Origin: a virus
Lineage: Duplodnaviria; Caudoviricetes
Length of the DNA stretch: 64,000 nt
Strand: one strand, 5' to 3'
Virus record (IMG/VR): IMGVR_UViG_3300020048_000007
Coordinates: 64,001 to 128,000 of that record
Notes under the pieces: model-generated
Database searches by the model: none
What the model was told of the DNA's origin: nothing
Seen by the model: only the letters and a program-made list of their open reading frames with translations
Shown here: in pieces, positions 47,193-57,154 of the stretch
How the letters are laid out: the number at the start of each line of letters is the position of its first letter
How positions within the stretch are numbered: the stretch's first letter is position 1
Translations under genes and position numbers: made by a program

Positions 47193-49466
47193 TCACACAA
47201 GACCCCCGTCGGAAATTGCCCAGCCACGGGATACCAATGCAGACCGCGCAGCAGTTGCAGTTGAATCGTACTTGGAGCTGCCTGCGCCAAACCCACAGTT
47301 GCTCTGAGTTAGATAGGTATTTAGCGAGATTAGCAGGTTACTATATGCCGTAGCATCTAGCGTGACACCATAGAACATCAATTGAGCTGTAGAGGTCCCT
47401 GCAAGGCTGGTGCAATATCGTAATAGATCTGCATCGATTGAGAACCCATTAAGGCCAGTACAATCTCGAAATGTACTATCAAAAGCGCTAGTTGTAACTC
47501 CAGTGTTATAGCGGAATAGGTCAGTCGGTAGACTACTCAAACCAGTGCAATTTTGAAAAGTATTAGCAAAAGCACCAGTTGTAACTCCCGTGTTATAACG
47601 GAAGAGATCACTCGGAATACTGGTTAGACCAGTACAACCATAGAATGTGGTACTAAAAGCACCAGAAGTAACTCCAGTATTATACTGAAATAAACCAGCT
47701 GGTATGCTGGTCAAACCAGTACAACCAAAGAATGTGTTAGGAAAAGCATTATATGTAACTCCAGTATTGTAGCGAAATTGGTCAGTCGGTAGGCTAGTTA
47801 AACCAGTGCAATTTTGAAACGTACCAGAAAAAGCACCATATGAAACACCCGTGTTATAACGGAAAAGGTCAGCAGGTATACTGCTCAAACCAGTACAGTT
47901 TAAAAAAGTATTAATAAAGGCGTCATTTGTAGCTCCAGTGTTATATTGAAAGAGACCAGCTGGAATGCTGGTCAAACCAGTACAACCATTGAATGTGGTA
48001 CTAAAAACCTGTTGTGATACTAAGGTATTATATTGGAAGAGACCACCAGGAATACTAGTTAAACCAGTACAGCCTGTGAATGTGCTACTAAAAGCAAGAG
48101 TAGTAACTCCAGTATTGTATTGAAAGAGACTACCTGGAATACTAGTCAAACCAGTACAAGAATTAAACGTACCAGAAAAAGCACTCGTAGTAACTGCAGT
48201 GTTATACTGAAATAGTCCCGCTGGAATACTAGTTAGACCACCACATTCACGAAACGTATTGGAAAAAGCAGTAGTTGATACTAGAGTGTTATAACGGAAA
48301 ATATCATCTGGAATACTAGCCAAACCAGAACAACCTTGGAATGTGCCAGAAAAAGCACTCGTAGTAACTGCTATATTATACTGAAATAGACTTGCTGGTA
48401 TGCTGGACAAACCAATGCAATTAAGAAACGTATTGGTAAACGCATCCGTTGAGACTAAGGTGTTATACCGGAAAAGATCATCTGGAATACTAGTTAAACC
48501 AGTACAGCCTCGGAATGTGCCACTAAAAGCAAGAGTCGAAATTTCTGTATTATATCGAAAGAGATCGGATGGAATGCTAGTAAAACCAGTGCAATTATAA
48601 AACGTGCTACCAAAAGCATTGGTAGTAACTGCTGTATTATACTGAAAAAGACTTGCTGGAATACTGGTCAAACCAGTGCATCCAAAAAACGTGTTACCAA
48701 AAGCACTAGTTGTAGCTCCCGTGTTATACCGAAAAAGATCATTCGGAATACTTGCTAGACTAGTGCAACCATAGAATGTAGTGCTAAAAGCACTAGTTGT
48801 AACTCCCGTGTTAAAACGGAAAAGATCAGCCGGAATGCTAGTTAGTCCAGTGCAGCCTCGAAACGTAGTGCTAAAAGCAGTAGCTGAGACTAAGGTATTA
48901 TGGCGGAAAAGGCCATCTGGAATTCGAGTTAGACTACTACAATCACGAAATGTGCTACCAAAAGCACTAGTTGTCACTCCCGTGTTATAACGGAAAAGAT
49001 CATTTGGAACACTTGCTAGACTAGTGCAACCACGAAATGTATTAGTGAAAGCGCTAGCTGTGGCTCCCGTGTTATAACGGAAAAGATCAGCAGGAACGCG
49101 AGTTAAGCCAGTACAACCATTGAAAGTGCTATTCCAACTGGTCGAAGCGAGCGCCGCGCTTGCTGGAAAAGCGGACGTCGCTCTAACCAAAGATGGATTG
49201 GTCGCGGCTACAGCTAAGCTTAATGCTACACCACTGATTATAGACACAGTTACCGTATAAGTCCCAACCACAGCGTAAGAATGAGTTTTAGTACCTGTAG
49301 TCGAATATGTGTCAGTCGTGCCGTCGCCCCAGTCAACGGTCGCGCTGACTGAAGTGCCTGAAAAACTGACGCCAAATGCTTGGCTGATCGCTGTGGTTTG
49401 AATAGTCAGCGTCCAAGCGGTTGGTGCAGTTAAGGTGGTTTGGTTACGATTCAGTGTAGCTAGCAT
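47193..49466 (-). CDS. PKD-like domain plus BspA-like leucine-rich-repeat adhesin
   Basis: TAATG-coupled start at 49466; VDWGDGT...HSY..GTYTV; 20 repeats of CTGLTSIPxxLFxYNTxVxxxAFxxTFxx. Confidence 0.85.
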   Translation of the reverse strand: MLATLNRNQTTLTAPTAWTLTIQTTAISQAFGVSFSGTSVSATVDWGDGTTDTYSTTGTKTHSYAVVGTYTVTVSIISGVALSLAVAATNPSLVRATSAFPASAALASTSWNSTFNGCTGLTRVPADLFRYNTGATASAFTNTFRGCTSLASVPNDLFRYNTGVTTSAFGSTFRDCSSLTRIPDGLFRHNTLVSATAFSTTFRGCTGLTSIPADLFRFNTGVTTSAFSTTFYGCTSLASIPNDLFRYNTGATTSAFGNTFFGCTGLTSIPASLFQYNTAVTTNAFGSTFYNCTGFTSIPSDLFRYNTEISTLAFSGTFRGCTGLTSIPDDLFRYNTLVSTDAFTNTFLNCIGLSSIPASLFQYNIAVTTSAFSGTFQGCSGLASIPDDIFRYNTLVSTTAFSNTFRECGGLTSIPAGLFQYNTAVTTSAFSGTFNSCTGLTSIPGSLFQYNTGVTTLAFSSTFTGCTGLTSIPGGLFQYNTLVSQQVFSTTFNGCTGLTSIPAGLFQYNTGATNDAFINTFLNCTGLSSIPADLFRYNTGVSYGAFSGTFQNCTGLTSLPTDQFRYNTGVTYNAFPNTFFGCTGLTSIPAGLFQYNTGVTSGAFSTTFYGCTGLTSIPSDLFRYNTGVTTGAFANTFQNCTGLSSLPTDLFRYNTGVTTSAFDSTFRDCTGLNGFSIDADLLRYCTSLAGTSTAQLMFYGVTLDATAYSNLLISLNTYLTQSNCGFGAGSSKYDSTATAARSALVSRGWAISDGGLV
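47400..49140 (-). repeat. 20 x 29 aa (87 bp) LRR units
   Basis: Cys anchors counted; 87 bp spacing checked at 49024/49111. Confidence 0.85.
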
Positions 49467-51097
49467 TAGAAATTCTGGCCCCCGGCGAATCCAAGCCAAC
49501 TTGTCCCGCCGTCAGATGAAAAGAAAGAGAATACGTCAATCTTGCCTAGAGTCGATGTGAGCGTTGGGACAGCACCGCCTGCCCACTTGATCGCCGCACC
49601 CCAATCTATAGCACGATATGTACCATCAGCTGTGAATATTAAAGTGAATGAACCACCAGAGCCACTAGCAGGTGGATTACTGATGGTCAGAGTCGTTATT
49701 GACGCATTGAGCGAAACCGTAAAAATATTCGATGTTTGAAGATTAAGCGTAAGTGTGTTCGATGAGATTGTTGGGGATGAGACAGTTTCACTGTAATCCC
49801 GAATCTTCGCACGAATCAGCTCGTTGTCCTGAAGATCTTGCGAGCCAGTAAAAACATTAGCCCCAGTGGCCGCAGGTATATCGAGATCTCTTATGAACAG
49901 CTCTCTATTACCAGCAGCGTTTAGAACACAGGTAATATCCCAACCAGTGCCTTTTAAAGACTTTAAAAGAGGGGTAGATGTGGAGTAGAGCCTGACTGTG
50001 CCGTTTTGTATCAAAATAATTCGAATTCGACTACCCAATGGCCATTCATCTATCTGAGGGGTAGCTCCACTGCCGATGGAAAAGGTAAAGTCGACATTTC
50101 CATTTGCAAGATACAATACATTAGAGGGAGTATCGCCAGCCGGATCAAGAAGAAATCCCATAGAAACAGTTGGCCCATTAGCCAGAATAGTGTGTTCTCT
50201 TAAATTTTTTATCTCTGCTTCTTGCATATCTAAATAGTTAGATAGAAAAACACTGCCCACGGTGGAATTCCCATACGTACTAGGATCTGGATTAGGGGCC
50301 CCACTGACCACTTTTACCGACTTCGAAGTCGGATAAAACTCATTTGAAAATTCAAAACCTGAACTAAGTGTAGCCAAAAGACCGTTATATCGAAGTGTCA
50401 CACCATTTAAATAGTCCAATTCGATAGACTGATCGGTAACCCCCCCCGCAGAATCCAAATAATTATATAATCCAGACGAAAATTTCGTGTTGTCTGGGTC
50501 GTTAACAGTTTTAAAATATGTCCAAACATCGATATCTTCCACATTAACGTAAGAGCCTGAAACGTATGTGGTCGGAGAGTTGCCTAGGTCATATATTAAG
50601 CCTCTGTAGAATTTGAGCAAGTGCCCAGAGACGTTACTATTTGTAGTCTCACCTATAAGGTAAACCGAATCACCCGGAAAATTTAATGAAATGTTAGACC
50701 CGACTGTCGAGTTAGAAAATATTGGATAGTACTGGTCATCTACCAAAGAAGTTATATCACTCTGAGTAAGTGTAGAAGACACCAAGTTAACAAACTGATC
50801 AGAAGTCAGAGCAAGAGAAACGATTTTATTACCATCAGTAAAAGACACTTTGTTATCGTTGTTACTGCTGGTCTTAACAGTGGTTCTCTCTAATGAGTTA
50901 GCACTTATAAGAGTACCAATACCTGTTTCCCAATAACCAGATCTTGTATCGACAATGCTATAATAGCATGTGTCTCCAATATCCATAACTGTAGAAAAAG
51001 TCTTAAACCCAGACGGGCTGCCGGTCAAGATAGCAGTATTAAGGCCAATAACTCTCGTGTTTTCTTTGACTCTATCAGTTGTGATCAGTGCCATCAT
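49466..51097 (-). CDS. Tail fibre-like protein sharing its N-terminal module with the fibre at 5386
   Basis: MALITTDRVKE...CYY....WETGIGT; C-terminal FTLIFTADGT..IDW...IKWAGG..PTLT. Confidence 0.75.
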   Translation of the reverse strand: MMALITTDRVKENTRVIGLNTAILTGSPSGFKTFSTVMDIGDTCYYSIVDTRSGYWETGIGTLISANSLERTTVKTSSNNDNKVSFTDGNKIVSLALTSDQFVNLVSSTLTQSDITSLVDDQYYPIFSNSTVGSNISLNFPGDSVYLIGETTNSNVSGHLLKFYRGLIYDLGNSPTTYVSGSYVNVEDIDVWTYFKTVNDPDNTKFSSGLYNYLDSAGGVTDQSIELDYLNGVTLRYNGLLATLSSGFEFSNEFYPTSKSVKVVSGAPNPDPSTYGNSTVGSVFLSNYLDMQEAEIKNLREHTILANGPTVSMGFLLDPAGDTPSNVLYLANGNVDFTFSIGSGATPQIDEWPLGSRIRIILIQNGTVRLYSTSTPLLKSLKGTGWDITCVLNAAGNRELFIRDLDIPAATGANVFTGSQDLQDNELIRAKIRDYSETVSSPTISSNTLTLNLQTSNIFTVSLNASITTLTISNPPASGSGGSFTLIFTADGTYRAIDWGAAIKWAGGAVPTLTSTLGKIDVFSFFSSDGGTSWLGFAGGQNF

Positions 51098-51124
51098 ACT
51101 CTCCAAATGTTAGATACTGTATGT

Positions 51125-53113
51125 TTATTTATTATTCTTAGGAGCTTTAGTGTAGAAGTAGTCTCTTGGGGTGACAATCGGCTTACCCTGGCTTATAGGA
51201 ATAGCTCCAAGCTGCAACGTATAAGCATCGATAACTCTAGAAGCCACAGTCTCAGGAAGCTCTTCTGGGCTAAGTGCCATCGGCATCAAAGTCATTTGAC
51301 CACCCTTCTCAATAAAGCTCTTCTGGTAATCAATCATAGCGCTATCACCGTACAGCATCGGACCGGTCATGCTGGTGAAATCAATGCTGCCATTGGTAGG
51401 CATCATGTTGCCAGCATCAAGCACAAAACCGTCACTTGTGCCAACAAGCGCTAAAGCTGTGCTCATCACAAGGTCATCGAAGTTGCCAGCGCCGTCTTCT
51501 GCCTCTGTCCTGCCGGTGTCTCTGCCAGACCTATCTCTTTTCCTGACGTAGATCTGCAGCTGTTTATACAATCTCTTGCTGTAGATCTTCCATGTTTCTT
51601 CTGGATTAGCTCGAATACAATCAGTCAAGTACTTGTTTAGAATAGCCTTACTGGCATTGCTAGTGTTATAACCGTAATGCGATACTTTTAACGCTCGTTG
51701 CTTTCTTCTAGTGCCGCTTTGGGGTACAGGTTTATCATTTATGTCTTTTTTCCTCCAAAGCTTGGGGTAGTTCACATCATATCTTAAACTATCAATGACA
51801 ATGTCTCCGCCGTTGTTACGTTCCACAACAGCCACCGCGTTATTATAATAGCGTCCGATTCTGTCGACATATTTAACCAATTCTCTTGGTAGGACACGAG
51901 CCATAAATTCAGCTACTTGTTCCTGCTCCTCCAAGTCGAACACCTCTATTGCGCTATAGTCACGGCCTTTGCCTGTGGAAATATCGACACCCATCACGTA
52001 AGTGTGGGCGCCTTGGCCTGGGTCTACTATCTTGCCATTTATTCGTTTTTCTGGCAGAGCTATAACCGGTTTCTTAAAGATCCAGAGCCCCTGATCTGCG
52101 TCATCAAATTCGAAATCCTGCGCTTCGGATTGGCCTGTGACAGGGTGAATATATACCTGGGTTCCTTTAACTCGTGTCTCTGGGTCTCGAACAGTCGTCG
52201 ATATAAGCGACAGGACTTCTTTATCTAAAACGGTATTACCGCTACCAACAAAGGACGCGAGGATTTCCTGCTCGAATTTCCAGGCTTCGCCTTCTGAGAC
52301 AAGATTTTGATACTGGTGCTCTAACCATGGAGACCAATAAGGGCCATATTTCTTAATTTCATCTGGGTTTTTACATGGGCGAATTCCGTCTATCGGACAG
52401 ATCCTCACATCTTTTTTGCTTAACGGGTCAACATAATTAATGACCCAGTCCATATCCCACCAATTAATAACAATTGGGTTCCAACTATTTAAGCCAGCTT
52501 CCGCATCAACCCATGTATTCCAATACCATCCACCGATACCAGCAGTGGTGCTGATTGCTATAACACTACCACCCATGTTTAATGTGGGAGCTGCTGACGC
52601 CCACATTTCATCCATGCCTTGGATGAACGCTGCTTCGTCTATGATGTTTAACGAGGAGCTGTTAGAACGCATAACGTCAGGATGGCTTGTCAGACTGCTT
52701 ATTCTTGACCCGTTTGGGAAGATCACTTCGTGTTCTGTTTGCTTTACCGGCTTCCAGTTTTCCTTCATCCATTCGGGTAAATGGTTGAATGGGAACATAA
52801 TCTGCTCTCGTAAAAAACCCATTGCATCTTCGTTTCGGCGAGAGACTATAAGAATGGTTTTATTATTTTGAAACATCGCGTACCATAACGCAAAACCACC
52901 AGCGATTTTTGACGCGCCTACTTGTCTACATTTTTTGAAAATGTTAAATCTATTTGTTCTGAAGCATTTTAAAGCATGCTTTTGATAGTTAAAAACATTG
53001 AATGGAATTATACCAGCCATTGGGTGTTTGATCTTGCCGAAGTTTCTAAGAAACCATGAACATGATTTCTGGCACCGCTTGACAGCTTCTAACTGGTGTT
53101 TATCTAGTGCCAT
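51125..53113 (-). CDS. terL: Terminase large subunit (T4 gp17-like)
   Basis: KCRQVGAS (Walker A), IIDEAAF, ISTTAG, GVDISTG, FDDLVMS. Confidence 0.93.
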   Translation of the reverse strand: MALDKHQLEAVKRCQKSCSWFLRNFGKIKHPMAGIIPFNVFNYQKHALKCFRTNRFNIFKKCRQVGASKIAGGFALWYAMFQNNKTILIVSRRNEDAMGFLREQIMFPFNHLPEWMKENWKPVKQTEHEVIFPNGSRISSLTSHPDVMRSNSSSLNIIDEAAFIQGMDEMWASAAPTLNMGGSVIAISTTAGIGGWYWNTWVDAEAGLNSWNPIVINWWDMDWVINYVDPLSKKDVRICPIDGIRPCKNPDEIKKYGPYWSPWLEHQYQNLVSEGEAWKFEQEILASFVGSGNTVLDKEVLSLISTTVRDPETRVKGTQVYIHPVTGQSEAQDFEFDDADQGLWIFKKPVIALPEKRINGKIVDPGQGAHTYVMGVDISTGKGRDYSAIEVFDLEEQEQVAEFMARVLPRELVKYVDRIGRYYNNAVAVVERNNGGDIVIDSLRYDVNYPKLWRKKDINDKPVPQSGTRRKQRALKVSHYGYNTSNASKAILNKYLTDCIRANPEETWKIYSKRLYKQLQIYVRKRDRSGRDTGRTEAEDGAGNFDDLVMSTALALVGTSDGFVLDAGNMMPTNGSIDFTSMTGPMLYGDSAMIDYQKSFIEKGGQMTLMPMALSPEELPETVASRVIDAYTLQLGAIPISQGKPIVTPRDYFYTKAPKNNK

Positions 53114-53120
53114 TCATTCC

Positions 53121-53621
53121 TCAATATTCGTCATCCATCGGATTTGCTAGAATGTCTTTAAGGTAATCGTCGCCTGTAGCGATGTTCAAATTATTATTAT
53201 TAACGGTTAATGAACCTGCCTTTGTTGCAGCCAGCATCTTCGCATTGACTTCCATTATCTTGACAGCCATCATATTCACATTAGCTTTAGTTTCCAAAAG
53301 CTTGGTCAGATTATCCGTGTACCCACGTGAGGGGATTCGTCCGTTATCCCTGTCTTCTCGTATTTCGTCGAACATTAAGTTCACGACTTCTTGGATTTCT
53401 GCTCTGTCTTGCTTGCAGGCTGTCAGCACTTCTTCTGTTACGATGTCTAGTTTTGCATGATATTTTATGACGTCAACTGGCGGGCTCTGCGGCTCTGCCT
53501 TCAATATAATTGGTTGCTCTGGAGCTTTTTTTTCTGACGCTTCTGGTATATTCAAAGCGTCATTGGGCTCGTCTGACTCATCATCAAGTTCTTGAAATAA
53601 TGCGTCTAATTCTTCACTCAT
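53121..53621 (-). CDS. Probable terminase small subunit
   Basis: Directly upstream of TerL; helical core and gp16-like ...VNNNNLNIATG tail. Confidence 0.55.
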   Translation of the reverse strand: MSEELDALFQELDDESDEPNDALNIPEASEKKAPEQPIILKAEPQSPPVDVIKYHAKLDIVTEEVLTACKQDRAEIQEVVNLMFDEIREDRDNGRIPSRGYTDNLTKLLETKANVNMMAVKIMEVNAKMLAATKAGSLTVNNNNLNIATGDDYLKDILANPMDDEY

Positions 53622-54102
53622 GTTCTTTTTTGCTGTCCGGCTCAGGGTTTTTGTCTAGCTCTTTTAAAATAGCATATGCGAAATTCGAATCGATTAATCG
53701 GTGCTCGATCAGATCGAGAATTATCTTTTTGTCTTTAATCAGCTCCGATATATTTTTCGCTTTTTCAAAGTACAAGGTGTCTGCTTTGGCCTCTGGCTCT
53801 TTTTTGTCTTCATGCATGGCTTGGATAGTCTTGGAACTATGTTTCCTGCCTAGCTTACCTCTGCCATGATTTTGTTTATTCTTTGGTTTTCGCTTTGGCT
53901 TTACCCGGCTATCAAAGGTCGGGGTACGTAATGGCTGGTGGCCATCTCGATCGATATGGGATTTGGTAGCATTAACTTGTGTACGCCGTCTTATTCTTTC
54001 TTGTACAGAAGAAGCTACACTATCATTTATAAGGGCATCAAAATCCTCAACGGTAACTGTCATATTTTCGATTTTGCTCAATATCTCTTCAAATATGTTC
54101 AT
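53614..54102 (-). CDS. Hypothetical basic protein
   Basis: Coupled ORF in the packaging operon. Confidence 0.6.
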   Translation of the reverse strand: MNIFEEILSKIENMTVTVEDFDALINDSVASSVQERIRRRTQVNATKSHIDRDGHQPLRTPTFDSRVKPKRKPKNKQNHGRGKLGRKHSSKTIQAMHEDKKEPEAKADTLYFEKAKNISELIKDKKIILDLIEHRLIDSNFAYAILKELDKNPEPDSKKEHE

Positions 54103-55055
54103 TATCCAAAATCCTCATCATCAACGACATTCTTCCTTTTATCATATTTAAATTCACTATAAGTGCGGTTGAGAGGACTATCTGTAAATTCAAAGCTTCT
54201 CAATTTCACCATCTTGAGAAAATTGGTGACAATAGCCCTAGATAACCCAGATTCGTCTACCAATTTTCCTATTAGCCCGTCGTGGGGCCGATCATCAGTC
54301 ATCACTATTTTTTCTAAAGCATCTAAGATACTCAAATGGTCTGAACTATATTGGGATAATTGTCTGGCTTCTTGTAAAAATCTATCAACGATATTATTAT
54401 TGTTGCGTTGCCTTGTTCCTAGATGATTCATATAGTTATGACCATTCTTTCTGTCTCTGCCTTCTTTTTTAATATATGCTAAGATAACCGTTCTCGAAAT
54501 CTGGGACCACATATTAAAAACTTTACTCATGCCTCTGTAGATTATTGTCTCTGTACCCCCGAAGCATCCTTGTCTTGGTAAGATGTATGGATATGATTCT
54601 AATTTAGTGTTACAGTGCGGGCAGGTTGGATGATTTAATATTACCTGATCTATCTGAATGATACCATATTCTCTAACATCTGGCAAATAAAGAACTGAAT
54701 CGGCTGGTCTATCTGGGTTAAAGCACGTGCGGCAGTGTGGTCTTGATCGGTATTTGTACAGGGTGCGTTCTAGTTGGCACCACGCTGTTTGTAATAGATC
54801 TCCGAATGCCGATTCTTCTTGACCAGGGTATATCGTGTGCAAGCCTTGTTTTCTTATTATCTGCCTTATTAGCTCTGCTGCGTGGCTCATTATACTATCA
54901 CGTAACTCTATCCTTGTGCAGCCTGTCCAGATATATTGGGTCAGGTCCCATTCTACTTTTTCATTTATAAAATATAACTTTCTAAGCGGGGGCTCAACCT
55001 TTGTTGAGGTATCTACTGGTAATTTTCCAACGGTTTCTGATGAGTTCTGTTCCAT
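54102..55055 (-). CDS. gp55-like late sigma factor with Cys4 insertion
   Basis: KLYFINE, DLLQTAW..L.R.L.KY and KVFNMWSQI.R..IL.YIKKE resemble gp55 (HYVNN, DMI.D.., NPFAYFTQI...FLRRI.KE). Confidence 0.65.
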   Translation of the reverse strand: MEQNSSETVGKLPVDTSTKVEPPLRKLYFINEKVEWDLTQYIWTGCTRIELRDSIMSHAAELIRQIIRKQGLHTIYPGQEESAFGDLLQTAWCQLERTLYKYRSRPHCRTCFNPDRPADSVLYLPDVREYGIIQIDQVILNHPTCPHCNTKLESYPYILPRQGCFGGTETIIYRGMSKVFNMWSQISRTVILAYIKKEGRDRKNGHNYMNHLGTRQRNNNNIVDRFLQEARQLSQYSSDHLSILDALEKIVMTDDRPHDGLIGKLVDESGLSRAIVTNFLKMVKLRSFEFTDSPLNRTYSEFKYDKRKNVVDDEDFG

Positions 55056-56589
55056 CCATTAATCCACCAGGTAAGACAATTTTGACGGGATAGCCAGCCT
55101 CAATGATCGTTTGCATCCTTGCTTTTGAGTGCTGATAGAGATATTTATTACATCTGAAGTAGAAGTCGAATATGCGACTTTTACCATACTTGTTTCGGCG
55201 CAAAGCTCTACCTATTTTCTGAAGGAACTCAGATTGAAGCTTTCCACCGGACGCAATAATAAGTGTCTCACACCCGCCAGCAAGATCAAGGCCCCGATTA
55301 ATTATTTTACCACCAATGAGTACCTGCAACTCTCTACGCTCAAAAGAACGCAACGCTTCGTTTCGTTGCTTCAAAGGAGTCTTACCGTAGATGAATTCAG
55401 CTTTGATACCCGCCAGCAGCAAAGTCTCTTTAAGCCTTAACCCCAAAGCCTCTCTATCTACGATAATTAAAGTCCCATCATCATTCACACAATATTTCTT
55501 ACATAAATTTTTAATGATATTTGAATACTTCACACTATTTGTGATATGTTCATCATATGCCTCATCATACGCGGTAGACTCTTGAATACTACCATCAAGA
55601 CCGTAGGCAATCATAAAATATTCACAAGGAATAATCCGACCAAGCTCCGTCAACCTAGCACGAGTCTCCTTAAAAATTATAGACCCTAAATGCTCCTGTA
55701 ACACCAAAGCCTCTACAGGCTTTGACTTATCAAAAGGAGTGCCAGTTACACCATACCTTCTGCGACCCTTAAAATGATACCTAAATAAGGCTTTCCACTG
55801 CTCAGAAGTGGCTTTATCCGCTTCATCCACGATAAGCATCTCAGCTTCATGGACGTACTTCTGTAAAATCTTGGCGTTCTTCTTTCTGGTTTTAAAAGCC
55901 TGTACTTTCTTGTCCCAAATGTCGTATCTCTTTGAATAAGCCTTATCAGTTTCATTATGCTTCTGAATGGGCATCTCAGGGAACTTTGTGGGAGGAGATA
56001 TAGACTGTATAGAACCTACCACTATAAGCTGTCCATTGGGTTTTTTTCCAGCATAAAATAATCCAACTTCGTCAATAACATCACGCAGTTCTAATCTTTG
56101 CTTGATCTGGTCAATGATAACTGTCTGATCTGCCAGGATGATTGTCGGGCACTGTATTGCTTTGCATATTCCGCTTATGACTTCGGTTTTGCCGCCGCCT
56201 GTTGGAACGTCAACAATGCCACATTCGTTTAGGCACGCTTGCTTTATGGCATCTATTTGGTAGTCTTCGAGTTTTATGCCCGGTAAAAAGTCTTCATTAA
56301 TCAGCTCTGGGTCTATAATCTCATAGCCCCAAGCGTCGCGCTTGTCTACGACACGAATAGGAACATTATGCTTCTCACATGCTTTTTCTAAGAATTTTAA
56401 AAGAGGTCTTGCAAACCTCTTCTTAAGACGGTTGTATTTTCTGAATATCCCGTCCCAATTTCCTAGTTGCGTTGGGTCCACATATCTGTTTGGCTTGCTG
56501 ACACTGAATTCTACCCACACCATTTGGTCTTCAGCATCAGTTATATGGGTAAGGTATACATGCTGATTGTCGTGTATTTCGGCTATCAT
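54994..56589 (-). CDS. uvsW: SF2 DNA helicase (UvsW-like)
   Basis: VPTGGGKT, IVDEAD, VTGTP, RGLD, QKIGRALR. Confidence 0.85.
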   Translation of the reverse strand: MIAEIHDNQHVYLTHITDAEDQMVWVEFSVSKPNRYVDPTQLGNWDGIFRKYNRLKKRFARPLLKFLEKACEKHNVPIRVVDKRDAWGYEIIDPELINEDFLPGIKLEDYQIDAIKQACLNECGIVDVPTGGGKTEVISGICKAIQCPTIILADQTVIIDQIKQRLELRDVIDEVGLFYAGKKPNGQLIVVGSIQSISPPTKFPEMPIQKHNETDKAYSKRYDIWDKKVQAFKTRKKNAKILQKYVHEAEMLIVDEADKATSEQWKALFRYHFKGRRRYGVTGTPFDKSKPVEALVLQEHLGSIIFKETRARLTELGRIIPCEYFMIAYGLDGSIQESTAYDEAYDEHITNSVKYSNIIKNLCKKYCVNDDGTLIIVDREALGLRLKETLLLAGIKAEFIYGKTPLKQRNEALRSFERRELQVLIGGKIINRGLDLAGGCETLIIASGGKLQSEFLQKIGRALRRNKYGKSRIFDFYFRCNKYLYQHSKARMQTIIEAGYPVKIVLPGGLMDGTELIRNRWKITSRYLNKG

Positions 56590-57023
56590 AGTGCTTTCGA
56601 ACTTGAATATATGTCTAGTACTTGGCTCACTTTATTACCGTCTTCGCTGACTATTCCTACACGTTTATCATCTCTGAATATAGCGTATCCGCCAACAGGG
56701 TACATCGATAGCCTACTTGATTCAATTGGACTTAAAACTTCCCATTTGCTCTCCGGTCCGAGAGCGACAAGAAGGCTAAAGGTCTCATCTTTGAATCGCT
56801 TTTGTGATTCGTATTTGTCGCAGTTATCCATTGTATTGCTCCTCAGATATTCTATGAGTCTTGTGTGCTCATCCAAGATGACATGGATTTTGCTGAATAG
56901 TCTTTCATGATTCTCTTCTGCGATTAACAGCTCGTTGATCACGTTGTCAAAGTCGTTGCATATTGTTGCTGCTATGGCGGCGATAACTATCATAGCAGCT
57001 ACAATCAGTATGATGTCTGGCAT
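56586..57023 (-). CDS. Membrane-anchored hypothetical protein
   Basis: N-terminal IILIVAAMIVIAAIAA. Confidence 0.6.
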   Translation of the reverse strand: MPDIILIVAAMIVIAAIAATICNDFDNVINELLIAEENHERLFSKIHVILDEHTRLIEYLRSNTMDNCDKYESQKRFKDETFSLLVALGPESKWEVLSPIESSRLSMYPVGGYAIFRDDKRVGIVSEDGNKVSQVLDIYSSSKAL

Positions 57024-57055
57024 TTTGTGTCCTTATCTTTCAAATACTTTGAAGA

Positions 57056-57154
57056 TCATTGTTCTTCGTATGGGAACATTATTATTGCTATTTGGACGGC
57101 TAGTACGAGTATGACTAGCCATCCTAGATATTCGATTGATCTGAATGGGTTCAT
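57056..57154 (-). CDS. Unlisted 32 aa single-TM peptide
   Basis: ATGA-coupled to the upstream stop; MNPFRSIEYLGWLVILVLAVQIAIIMFPYEEQ*. Confidence 0.55.
   Translation of the reverse strand: MNPFRSIEYLGWLVILVLAVQIAIIMFPYEEQ

Noticed and set aside
47193-49466. Diversity-generating retroelement acting on the LRR adhesin
   Set aside because: No reverse transcriptase and no TR/VR pair differing only at adenines in this window; cannot be excluded elsewhere in the genome
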